Of a stretch of DNA of 32,000 nucleotides, positions 9,836 through 16,391 are shown piece after piece. The position numbers and the translations under genes were made by a program. The stretch comes from Desulfobulbus propionicus DSM 2032 (lineage in GTDB: Bacteria > Desulfobacterota > Desulfobulbia > Desulfobulbales > Desulfobulbaceae), in assembly GCF_000186885.1 (NCBI RefSeq), contig NC_014972.1, forward strand, positions 2,850,001 through 2,882,000. Reading direction: 5' to 3'. Under the pieces are notes generated by a model. That model was given only the letters and a program-made list of their open reading frames with translations, had not been told where the DNA came from and searched no databases. Each line of letters starts with the position of its first letter. Position 1 is the first letter of the stretch.

Positions 9836-9872
9836 AAAAAAGGGCGAGATGAACGGATCAACTCACCCTTTT
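9836..9872 (-). terminator. Rho-independent terminator downstream of rpmB
   Basis: The minus-strand RNA reads AAAAGGGUGAG-(13 nt)-CUCGCCCUUUUUU. This is a 7-bp GC-rich stem (one G-U pair), extendable by A-U pairs, followed by a U6 run, starting about 18 nt after the rpmB stop. Confidence 0.65.
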
Positions 9873-9889
9873 CTGGAAAAATGGCAGGC

Positions 9890-10084
9890 TCAGGCAGGCT
9901 TGACAACAGCTCCGGAACGGATGCACCGGGTGCAGACGTTGGCATGCACGGTACCACCGTTGGCGGTCACCATCCGTACCCGCTGCAAGTTGGGCATCCA
10001 GCGGCGGCGGGTCTTGTTATGGGCGTGGCTGACATTGTTTCCGGTCGAGGGACCTTTGCCACAAATTGCACAATTACGGGCCAT
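9890..10084 (-). CDS. rpmB: 50S ribosomal protein L28 (zinc-ribbon, Cys-containing form)
   Basis: 64 aa: [34 protein letters not shown]... This is the classic L28 sequence with CxxC (C5, C8) and CxxC (C51, C54). The SD GAGGAG lies upstream. Confidence 0.95.
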   Translation of the reverse strand: MARNCAICGKGPSTGNNVSHAHNKTRRRWMPNLQRVRMVTANGGTVHANVCTRCIRSGAVVKPA

Positions 10085-10125
10085 GATATTTTCTCCTCAA
10101 GAAATTCAATTTTCAATAACCGCTT

Positions 10126-10153
10126 ATATTATCCACGCACCATGAAAAATCAA
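10126..10153 (-). promoter_or_regulatory. Candidate sigma-70 promoter for rpmB
   Basis: On the minus strand it reads TTGATT-N16-TAATAT, ending about 40 nt upstream of the rpmB start. This is a motif match only. Confidence 0.35.
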
Positions 10154-10284
10154 GCTCTTTCTCACACGAAGCCGGGGAAGCCCCGGCAACCACTCGTCCC
10201 CTCCCGCCCACGGGCGGAGACGGCCACTCCTTGCCGAAGGGCGGATAAGCCAGCGGAAATAATCTTCGTTCCAAGGTTGGTTTT

Positions 10285-10293
10285 TGTTATAAT
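10285..10293 (+). promoter_or_regulatory. Candidate extended -10 promoter upstream of the cdaA-ybbR fusion gene
   Basis: TGTTATAAT is a perfect TGnTATAAT, rare in this GC-rich context. It lies about 142 nt upstream of ATG 10435, and there is no good -35. Confidence 0.4.
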
Positions 10294-10434
10294 CATTCTT
10301 ACAGTCACAGCCGGTCCGGGGACACATCGCCGGTTCACGCCGCAACGCCAAACAACAATCATGTGCCTGCGACCAGTTGCGCATGGACAGCGGCAGCGAC
10401 CATTTTCGCATCAATCACTACAAGGAAGTCATCC

Positions 10435-11868
10435 ATGGGGCAGTCCGTTGCTCTGGCATACGAATTTTTTTCCTGGCGCGCGATTCTCGACATCCTGTTG
10501 ATCAGCGCCGGTCTGTTCTTTCTTTATCGCACCCTGCTGCGCCTCGGCACCTGGAAGATCATGGCCGGCATCCTGCTGGCCCTGCTGATCTTCATCCTTG
10601 CCAATGCCCTCAATCTGAAAGGAATCGAGTGGATCTACCAAAACGTCAGCCACGTGGCCGTTCTCGGCTTGATCGTCATTTTTCAGCCGGAATTGCGCAA
10701 GGTTCTTGAAAAAGCGGTTTCCGTGCCGCAACACCGCATCAAAGACCAGGACACCCTGCTCCAGACCCTGATCGCCGAAAGCCTGATCAAGCTGGCGCAG
10801 GAACGATGCGGCGCCATCCTCGTCTTTCCCGGCAAGGAACCGATCACCGACAAGATTTCAGGCGGTTTCCAATTGAATGCCGTGCCCAGCCTGCCGTTGA
10901 TCCTCAGTATCTTCGACCCCAACTCCCCCGGCCACGATGGCGCGGTGATCATCGAGGGCAACAAACTGACCCAGTTTGGCGTGCGGCTGCCGATGTCGCA
11001 GTCGACCCGCCTGTCCGAGGAATACGGTACCCGCCATCATGCGGCCATGGGCCTGGCCGAACAGACCGACGCCCTGGTGCTGGTGGTTTCCGAGGAACGA
11101 GGCCGGGTGTCCATCTTCACCAACGCCGAGATGCGGCCGGTCCGCAATGCCGAGGAAATCACCGCCGCAATCATCAACCATCAGCAGGAGATGGGATTTT
11201 TTCGTCGGGACAGCGCCCCCCGCATTCGCAAGCGCACCCTGCTGCAGGTAGCCGCCAGCCTCATCATCGCCGTGGTGTTCTGGTCAACGCTGATTGTCGC
11301 CCAGCGTGAAGTGGTCGAACGGGTGCTGCCGGTGTCCATCGACTACACTTCGCCGGCCGACGATTTGGTCCTGGTTGGCGAAAAGGCCAACGAAGTCAAG
11401 CTGCATCTCGCCGGCCCCAAAGCCGACATCGACAACCTGGCGATCAACCCGCCCAGCGTTAAGATCGATCTCTCGAAGATGGCCAAGGGCAGCCAGACCA
11501 TCATCATCACCAGCGAAAATCTGCATCTGCCCAAGGGCGTCACCCTGCTTGACTCCTCGCCACAGCAGCTGAAACTGACCCTGGCCACGGTGGTGGAGAA
11601 AAACCTGCCCATCATCCCCCAAATCATCGGCAAGCTCCCGGGCAATCTGAAAATCAAAAAGATCACTGTTTCGCCTGAAACCGTCCTGGTCACCGTGCCA
11701 GTCACCAAAGAGGAGAAGAATCTCGACGAGGTCCTGACCACCCCCATCTATCTCGAATCCATCTCCACCGACAGCAAGCTCTTCTGCAAGGTCATCGCCC
11801 GCCCCTCGATCCAGCCCGTGGCCAAGCGCTGGCCGGACGTCGAAGTGTTCATCGAACTCAAGCAATAA
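10435..11868 (+). CDS. cdaA: Membrane diadenylate cyclase (CdaA/DisA_N type) fused through a fourth TM helix to C-terminal YbbR (CdaR-like) repeats
   Basis: ATG 10435 follows AAGGAAG. There are three N-terminal TM helices, then DAC motifs GHDGAVII and GTRHHAAMGLAE..LVLVVSEERGRVS. A fourth TM helix is LLQVAASLIIAVVFWSTLIVA. YbbR-like repeats follow (VKLHLAGPKADIDNL...VKIDLSKMAKGSQTI...LPKGVTLLDSSPQQLKLTL). Confidence 0.85.
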   Translation: MGQSVALAYEFFSWRAILDILLISAGLFFLYRTLLRLGTWKIMAGILLALLIFILANALNLKGIEWIYQNVSHVAVLGLIVIFQPELRKVLEKAVSVPQHRIKDQDTLLQTLIAESLIKLAQERCGAILVFPGKEPITDKISGGFQLNAVPSLPLILSIFDPNSPGHDGAVIIEGNKLTQFGVRLPMSQSTRLSEEYGTRHHAAMGLAEQTDALVLVVSEERGRVSIFTNAEMRPVRNAEEITAAIINHQQEMGFFRRDSAPRIRKRTLLQVAASLIIAVVFWSTLIVAQREVVERVLPVSIDYTSPADDLVLVGEKANEVKLHLAGPKADIDNLAINPPSVKIDLSKMAKGSQTIIITSENLHLPKGVTLLDSSPQQLKLTLATVVEKNLPIIPQIIGKLPGNLKIKKITVSPETVLVTVPVTKEEKNLDEVLTTPIYLESISTDSKLFCKVIARPSIQPVAKRWPDVEVFIELKQ

Positions 11869-11878
11869 CCCCATCCCA

Positions 11879-11909
11879 CCGGGCAATGGCACCGGGTGCC
11901 ATTGCCCGG
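11879..11909. terminator. Perfect 31-nt palindrome 10 nt after the cdaA-ybbR stop (probable terminator hairpin or protein-binding site)
   Basis: CCGGGCAATGGCACC-G-GGTGCCATTGCCCGG has 15-nt perfect arms. No U tract follows. Confidence 0.45.
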
Positions 11910-11950
11910 CCCCTCACCTCTCTCCGCGTTTTCGCGCCACTCGGCGCATC

Positions 11951-12115
11951 GATTCCAATTTTGTACAACATTGAATAAAACAATGATCTTTTTGTGACAA
12001 AATTTTCATTTTTGCCGATAAAACTCGCCTGCATTTTATATAACTATATAATAATAATTAATAAAATTATAAATTTAAAAAGTGGCATTAAAATTGATAA
12101 GAACAAGACAAACAC
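11951..12115. other. Extremely AT-rich intergenic island
   Basis: About 165 bp is far below the window's G+C. By hand count, 12031-12100 has about 8 G/C in 70 nt, and 12041-12081 contains a single C. Confidence 0.9.
12083..12098 (+). promoter_or_regulatory. Sigma-54-like -24/-12 element upstream of the porin gene (imperfect)
   Basis: TGGCAT-TAAAA-TTGAT has correct GG-N10 spacing, but the -12 dinucleotide is GA instead of GC. It lies about 140 nt upstream of ATG 12240, inside the AT-rich island. Confidence 0.3.
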
Positions 12116-12239
12116 ATCCATCGTCCCCGGACAGTGCTGGAGAATCCGTTCTTTTCCGTCGCCGGAACGGAAAGGCTCCGGCTGAATCCAATGGGATGGT
12201 GGCCAGTCTTGTTCCATCATCGCAAAAAAGGAGAGAAAC

Positions 12240-12977
12240 ATGAAACGACTGTTATCCATCGCCGCCGTGGCCGCTCTGGGCACGGCGGCCGCCGCGCCAT
12301 CCCCCGCCAGCGCCGCCACGGCCACTGCCGCTCTCGATGTCAACAGCGCCTATGTGTGGCGTGGCCTGACCTTCAATGACGGGTTTGTCCTCCAGCCGAG
12401 CATGGATGTCTCGGCCAACGGCTTTGCCTTCAATGTCTGGGGCAACCTCGACCTCGACGACTATAACGACACTCTCGACGACGGCGAATTTTCCGAGGTT
12501 GACCTGACCGCCTCCTATGCGTTCAAGCTCGGGGCCGTCGACGTCAGCCTCGGGGTGATTGAATATCTCTTTCCCAATGGCGCCGAAAGCACGAGTGAAA
12601 TCTTTGCCGGCCTGGGCTATGACCTGGGCCATGGCTTTGCCCTGTCAACGAAAGTGTACTATGACTTTGACCAGGTCGACGATTTCTACCTCACCGCGGG
12701 ATTGGGATACAGCTACAGCATCAACGACAAGACCACCGTGGGACTCAGCGGCCTGATCAGCTATGCCGGCGAGGACTTCACCGAATTCTATGCCGGAGGT
12801 ACGGACAGCGGATTTTTCAACTATCTGCTCACCGCTTCGGTCAAGTACATGGTTACCGATGCCTTTGGCCTAGGGGCCAGCATCAACTACACCGACTCCA
12901 TGGACGATGACGCCCTGCCCGACGAAACGGTCGATACCACGGTGTTTGGCGGTGTCAGCCTGACCTACACGTTCTGA
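12240..12977 (+). CDS. TorF/Gcw_chp-family (TIGR02001-like) outer-membrane beta-barrel protein, putative porin
   Basis: SD AAGGAGAG. The signal peptide is MKRLLSIAAVAALGTAAAAPSPASA. SAYVWRGLTFNDG is typical of the family. The protein has alternating beta-strand patterns and ends with aromatic ...SLTYTF. Confidence 0.75.
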   Translation: MKRLLSIAAVAALGTAAAAPSPASAATATAALDVNSAYVWRGLTFNDGFVLQPSMDVSANGFAFNVWGNLDLDDYNDTLDDGEFSEVDLTASYAFKLGAVDVSLGVIEYLFPNGAESTSEIFAGLGYDLGHGFALSTKVYYDFDQVDDFYLTAGLGYSYSINDKTTVGLSGLISYAGEDFTEFYAGGTDSGFFNYLLTASVKYMVTDAFGLGASINYTDSMDDDALPDETVDTTVFGGVSLTYTF

Positions 12978-12997
12978 TCCCTCTCCCGATCCTCTCC

Positions 12998-13041
12998 CCT
13001 CGCTTCCGGGGCGGCGCCATGCCGCACCGGGGGCGAGGTTT
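12998..13041 (+). terminator. Imperfect long GC hairpin after the porin gene
   Basis: CCTCGC-TT-CCGGGGCGGC-GCCAT-GCCGCACCGG-GG-GCGAGG is followed by TTTCCCGTTTC. It sits in the convergent gap with the AEC transporter gene. Confidence 0.4.
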
Positions 13042-13134
13042 CCCGTTTCAGGGCCGGGCGCGCATCGTTCGGGCAATGTCCCCGGTTCGTTGCCGTAGGC
13101 CAAACGGACTCGTCTCCGCCGCCGGGTTCACCGC

Positions 13135-14034
13135 TCACAACAGCCGATACAGCAGGGGCAGAGTCGCAAAACTGAGCACCACGCCCACCCCGACCAGGGC
13201 AGCGGCCAGTCGCGGCGCCAGGTTGGCCAGCATGGCCATGGCTCCGGCCGCCACCATGGGCGGCATGCCGGCTTCCACAATCGCCACCCGCACCACCTCG
13301 CCATCAAGCCCGAGCAGACGGCAGGCCATCAAGCCTGCCAGGGGCGCGGCCACCAATTTGATCAGCAAGCCGGTGGACAACTGGCCGAGCATGGCGCGAT
13401 TCAACCGTAGGGTCAGTTGAAAACCCACCGCCACCATCACCACCGGCACCAGGGTCTCGGCCAGACTGTGCAGAATGAATCCCGCCAGAGGCGGGTAGGG
13501 GATGCCGCGAAGCAGCAGGGCACAGACCAGGGCGACAAAAGGCGGAAACAGCACGATCTTGCACAGCATGGTTTTGATGGTCGGCCGGCTGCCGTCCGCA
13601 CCGTACATGGCCAGAATCAAGAACCCGTAGGTCGACAGGGCGATGAACGAGCCGAATTGATCGTAAATCACGGCATAGGGAATAGCCTGTTCGCCAAAAA
13701 AGGCCCGGACCATGGGAATGCCGAGGAAGGAGGCATTGGGCAGGGGAGCGAGCAACAGCAGGCAGCCGGTGGTCGCCCGGTCCCAGGCACACAGCCGCGA
13801 GGCGGCCAGCACCAGCAGCGCAGCGAGGGCCAGGGTGCCCCAGGGCATCAGGGTCAGGATCAGCAAATCGGCGGAGAAGGTCAACTGCGGCACCTTGAGC
13901 ATCACCATGGCCGGCATGGAGATGAAGATGACAAAGGCATTGAGGACCATGCCCGTGTCCCGATGGAATCCGGGAATGCGGCGCAGCCCCATGCCGATGA
14001 GCAGATACACCAGTGTGGCGATGAAATTATCCAT
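13135..14034 (-). CDS. AEC (auxin efflux carrier) family membrane transporter
   Basis: 299 aa with about 10 TM helices. MDNFIATLVYLLIGMGLRRIP... and the overall pattern resemble AEC/malonate-type permeases. The SD GAAGGAAA lies upstream. Confidence 0.75.
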   Translation of the reverse strand: MDNFIATLVYLLIGMGLRRIPGFHRDTGMVLNAFVIFISMPAMVMLKVPQLTFSADLLILTLMPWGTLALAALLVLAASRLCAWDRATTGCLLLLAPLPNASFLGIPMVRAFFGEQAIPYAVIYDQFGSFIALSTYGFLILAMYGADGSRPTIKTMLCKIVLFPPFVALVCALLLRGIPYPPLAGFILHSLAETLVPVVMVAVGFQLTLRLNRAMLGQLSTGLLIKLVAAPLAGLMACRLLGLDGEVVRVAIVEAGMPPMVAAGAMAMLANLAPRLAAALVGVGVVLSFATLPLLYRLL

Positions 14035-14159
14035 GGTTTCCTTCTCGCTCCCCGGTTTTGCACCGAATGCTTGGCGCGCCCTTTTCCCTTGGCAAAAAAA
14101 CCCATTGACCGCTCAGCCGCTGGCCGGTTGCCCCTGGCCGCAAAAGACGACTTATCCCC

Positions 14160-14188
14160 TTGCCAGATTTCACTTTTTCTCCTAGGAT
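14160..14188 (+). promoter_or_regulatory. Candidate sigma-70 promoter for the Hpt / sigma-54 activator genes
   Basis: TTGCCA-N17-TAGGAT lies about 75 nt upstream of ATG 14264. This is a motif match only. Confidence 0.3.
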
Positions 14189-14263
14189 TTGTTCAGAGTC
14201 GTCACCCGAGGCGCGTGACCTTGGCGGCCAATGCACCCCACTTACCATGACGGAGGAACACCG

Positions 14264-14635
14264 ATGGAGCACAGGGAGAACTCCCCATTGCCGCCCCTGC
14301 CCCCCGAGCCCAAGCTGGAGGCGATGCGGCAGTATCTGCACGCCGCGACCCTGCTGCATCCCGAACAGATCGAAAAAATCCTCACGGCCTCGATCCGAAG
14401 CATCGCCGTCAACCTGGCCCAGGCCGACGAAGCCCTGCACCAGGCGGATTACCCCGCCCTTGGCCGAGTGGTTCACACCCTCAAGGGCACGTTCCTCCAG
14501 TGCGGTCTCACCGATTGGGCGGAAAAAGCCCAGGAAATCCACAGCGGCGTCAGGGCGGGCCAGGAGCTGCCGTTCGCCGAAATGGTGGCCGGACTGAAGC
14601 GGGGAATGGCTCCCCTGCTGGCCAGGAGCGAATAG
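14264..14635 (+). CDS. Stand-alone histidine phosphotransfer (Hpt) protein
   Basis: ATG 14264 follows GGAGGA. The 123-aa protein has the Hpt signature HTLKGTFLQCGL (His codon 14474-14476) and is co-linear with the Hpt domain fused to the kinase at 25162-28338. Confidence 0.85.
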   Translation: MEHRENSPLPPLPPEPKLEAMRQYLHAATLLHPEQIEKILTASIRSIAVNLAQADEALHQADYPALGRVVHTLKGTFLQCGLTDWAEKAQEIHSGVRAGQELPFAEMVAGLKRGMAPLLARSE

Positions 14636-14735
14636 CCGTGCGGCCGCACTCAGCGCACAACGCCATGGCAACGGGCGGACCGGCGGCGGAACGGACGCGC
14701 CAACACCGGCAACGTGGGCAACGGATCCAACCATC

Positions 14736-16184
14736 ATGGGAAAAATAGCCATCATCGATGACGACGCGGTGTTCCGCGTTCTTCTCGCCGAACACTGCAA
14801 GCAGCTGGGCCATGAGGCCGAACTCGCCGGCACCATCGAGGAAGGCCGATCCGTGCTCGCCGAACGACCGTTTGACCTGGTGTTTCTCGATGTCAGTCTG
14901 CCCGACGGCAATGGCCTCGATTCCCTGCCCTTCATCCAGGGGCTGCCTTCCTCGCCGGAGGTGATCATCATCACCGGCATGGGCGACGCCAACGGCGCCG
15001 AACTGGCGATCAAAAACGGCGCCTGGGATTACCTGCAAAAACCGCTCGCCCGTCAGGAGATTGTCCTTCATATCCGGCGGGCCTTGGAATATCACGAAAA
15101 AAAAATCCAGCGAACCGCCCAGATCAGCCTCAAGCGCGACGAAATCGTCGGCAAGAGCAAGGCCATCTCCGCCTGCCTCGACCAGGTGGCCCATTGCGCC
15201 GCCACCGAATCCGGGGTGCTGATCACCGGCGAAACCGGCACCGGCAAGGAACTGTTCGCCCGGGCCATCCATGCCAACAGCCAACGGGCAGCCGGGCCCT
15301 TTGTCGTGGTCGATTGCGCCAGCCTGCCGGAAACCCTGGTGGAAAGCATCCTCTTCGGCCACGTCAAGGGGGCCTTCACCGGCGCCAATAGCGACAGCAA
15401 GGGCCTGATCGAACAGGCGGATGGCGGCACCCTGTTTCTCGATGAGGCCGGCGAACTGCCGCTGGAAACCCAGAAAAATTTTCTCCGCGTGCTCCAGGAA
15501 CGGGTGTTCCGCCCGGTGGGCAAGGACCGGGAACAGAAAAGCAATTTCCGCCTGATTGCCGCCACCAACCGCGATCTGCCGGCCATGGTCCGCCAGGGAC
15601 AATTCCGCAGCGATCTTTTTTTCCGTCTCAACACCTTCACCATCCACCTGCCGCCCCTGCGGGAACGCGAGGGGGATATCGAGAAACTGGTGATGAGTTT
15701 CGTGTTCACCATCTGCCGCCGCAACCGGCTGCCGATCAAGGGCGTGGTTCCCGAAACCCTGGCCACCCTGGCCGCTTACCCTTGGCCGGGCAATGTCCGC
15801 GAGCTGGAAAACATTCTCGAACGGGCGATCATCGCCGATCCCACCGATCCGGTTCTCTACCCCATCCATCTGCCGCCGGAGATCCGGCTGTGCCGCATCC
15901 GCACGATGGTTTCGCGCAAAAGCGACCCCTCCGCCGCCGAGGTTTCCACCGCCGACCACGGCCAGCCCCCCTCGTTCCCCGCGCCGGAACCGCTGCCCCC
16001 CTTCAAAGAGTATCGGCGGCAGGTCACCGCTGACCTCGAAGTTCAATACCTGCGGCGGCTGCTCCGCGAGGCCGCCGGCGACATCGCCCGGGCCTGCGCC
16101 GTTTCCGGCCTGAGCCGCTCCCGCCTCTACGATTTGCTCAAAGCCCACGGTCTGGGCTGCGCTGCCGAATCCCGTCCGGAATAA
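14736..16184 (+). CDS. Sigma-54-dependent response regulator (NtrC family: REC + AAA+ + Fis-type HTH)
   Basis: REC (DLVFLDVSLPDGNG), Walker A GETGTGKE, GAFTGA loop, Walker B GGTLFLDEAGEL, and a C-terminal HTH IARACAVSGLSRSRLYDLLKAHGL. Confidence 0.95.
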   Translation: MGKIAIIDDDAVFRVLLAEHCKQLGHEAELAGTIEEGRSVLAERPFDLVFLDVSLPDGNGLDSLPFIQGLPSSPEVIIITGMGDANGAELAIKNGAWDYLQKPLARQEIVLHIRRALEYHEKKIQRTAQISLKRDEIVGKSKAISACLDQVAHCAATESGVLITGETGTGKELFARAIHANSQRAAGPFVVVDCASLPETLVESILFGHVKGAFTGANSDSKGLIEQADGGTLFLDEAGELPLETQKNFLRVLQERVFRPVGKDREQKSNFRLIAATNRDLPAMVRQGQFRSDLFFRLNTFTIHLPPLREREGDIEKLVMSFVFTICRRNRLPIKGVVPETLATLAAYPWPGNVRELENILERAIIADPTDPVLYPIHLPPEIRLCRIRTMVSRKSDPSAAEVSTADHGQPPSFPAPEPLPPFKEYRRQVTADLEVQYLRRLLREAAGDIARACAVSGLSRSRLYDLLKAHGLGCAAESRPE

Positions 16185-16204
16185 TCGGACCGCCCACCCA
16201 TTGC

Positions 16205-16225
16205 TTGTCCGAAAATCCCGGACAA
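16205..16225. promoter_or_regulatory. Inverted repeat, candidate enhancer (UAS) for the sigma-54 activator; alternatively a weak terminator hairpin
   Basis: TTGTCCG-AAAATCC-CGGACAA has perfect 7-bp arms and lies about 80-100 bp upstream of the -24 element at 16306. A second repeat, ATCGAA-GCAACCA-TTCGAT, is at 16259-16277. Confidence 0.4.
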
Positions 16226-16305
16226 CAGGATCACCTCCGCACCCCCACCTCTCGACCCATCGAAGCAACCATTCGATTTTAACCAACAAAACAAACCAGC
16301 CATTC

Positions 16306-16322
16306 TGGCACGTTTCTCGCTT
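16306..16322 (+). promoter_or_regulatory. Sigma-54 (-24/-12) promoter upstream of the MCP gene
   Basis: CTGGCACG-TTTC-TCGCT versus the consensus YTGGCACG-N4-TTGCW. GG is at 16307-16308 and GC at 16319-16320 with exact N10 spacing, giving one mismatch. It lies about 70 nt upstream of ATG 16392. Confidence 0.7.
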
Positions 16323-16391
16323 TTCCTGGGCAACCGTATTCCGCTGGCCCCTGCCGCCAGCTCTCTCCCATACACGCCAGGAGGTTTGTCG

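Noticed and set aside
10294-10434. Possibility that the roughly 140-nt cdaA leader is a c-di-AMP (ydaO/kimA-type) riboswitch.
   Set aside because: I could not find the pseudo-symmetric conserved ACGGGG/CCC-type cores I associate with that class. Only an Rfam covariance-model scan could settle it.
11993-12008. CRP/FNR-like half-site TGTGA-N6-TTTCA.
   Set aside because: Only the left half matches. The right half is 3/5 and lies in AT-rich DNA, where such matches arise by chance.
11994-12185. 63-aa ORF (MTKFSFLPIKLACILYNYIIIINKIINLK...) inside the AT-rich island.
   Set aside because: The composition-driven Ile/Asn/Lys-rich translation, non-ATG start, lack of SD and codon usage opposite to the rest of the genome all point the same way. 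It is more likely non-coding promoter DNA.
14072-14086. Sigma-54-like TGGCGC-N5-TTTC upstream of the Hpt gene.
   Set aside because: With GG at 14073-14074, the -12 position reads TC rather than GC, and position 5 of the -24 box also mismatches.
14638-14649. 12-bp perfect palindrome GTGCGGCCGCAC just after the Hpt stop.
   Set aside because: It has no loop, so it cannot form a hairpin terminator, and it is short and GC-rich, so it is expected by chance. There is no second copy in the window.
15097-15105. A9 homopolymer inside the NtrC-type regulator gene (cac gaa aaa aaa atc), a possible slipped-strand phase-variation tract.
   Set aside because: The reading frame is intact. Nine residues is borderline short, and there is no population data to support variation.
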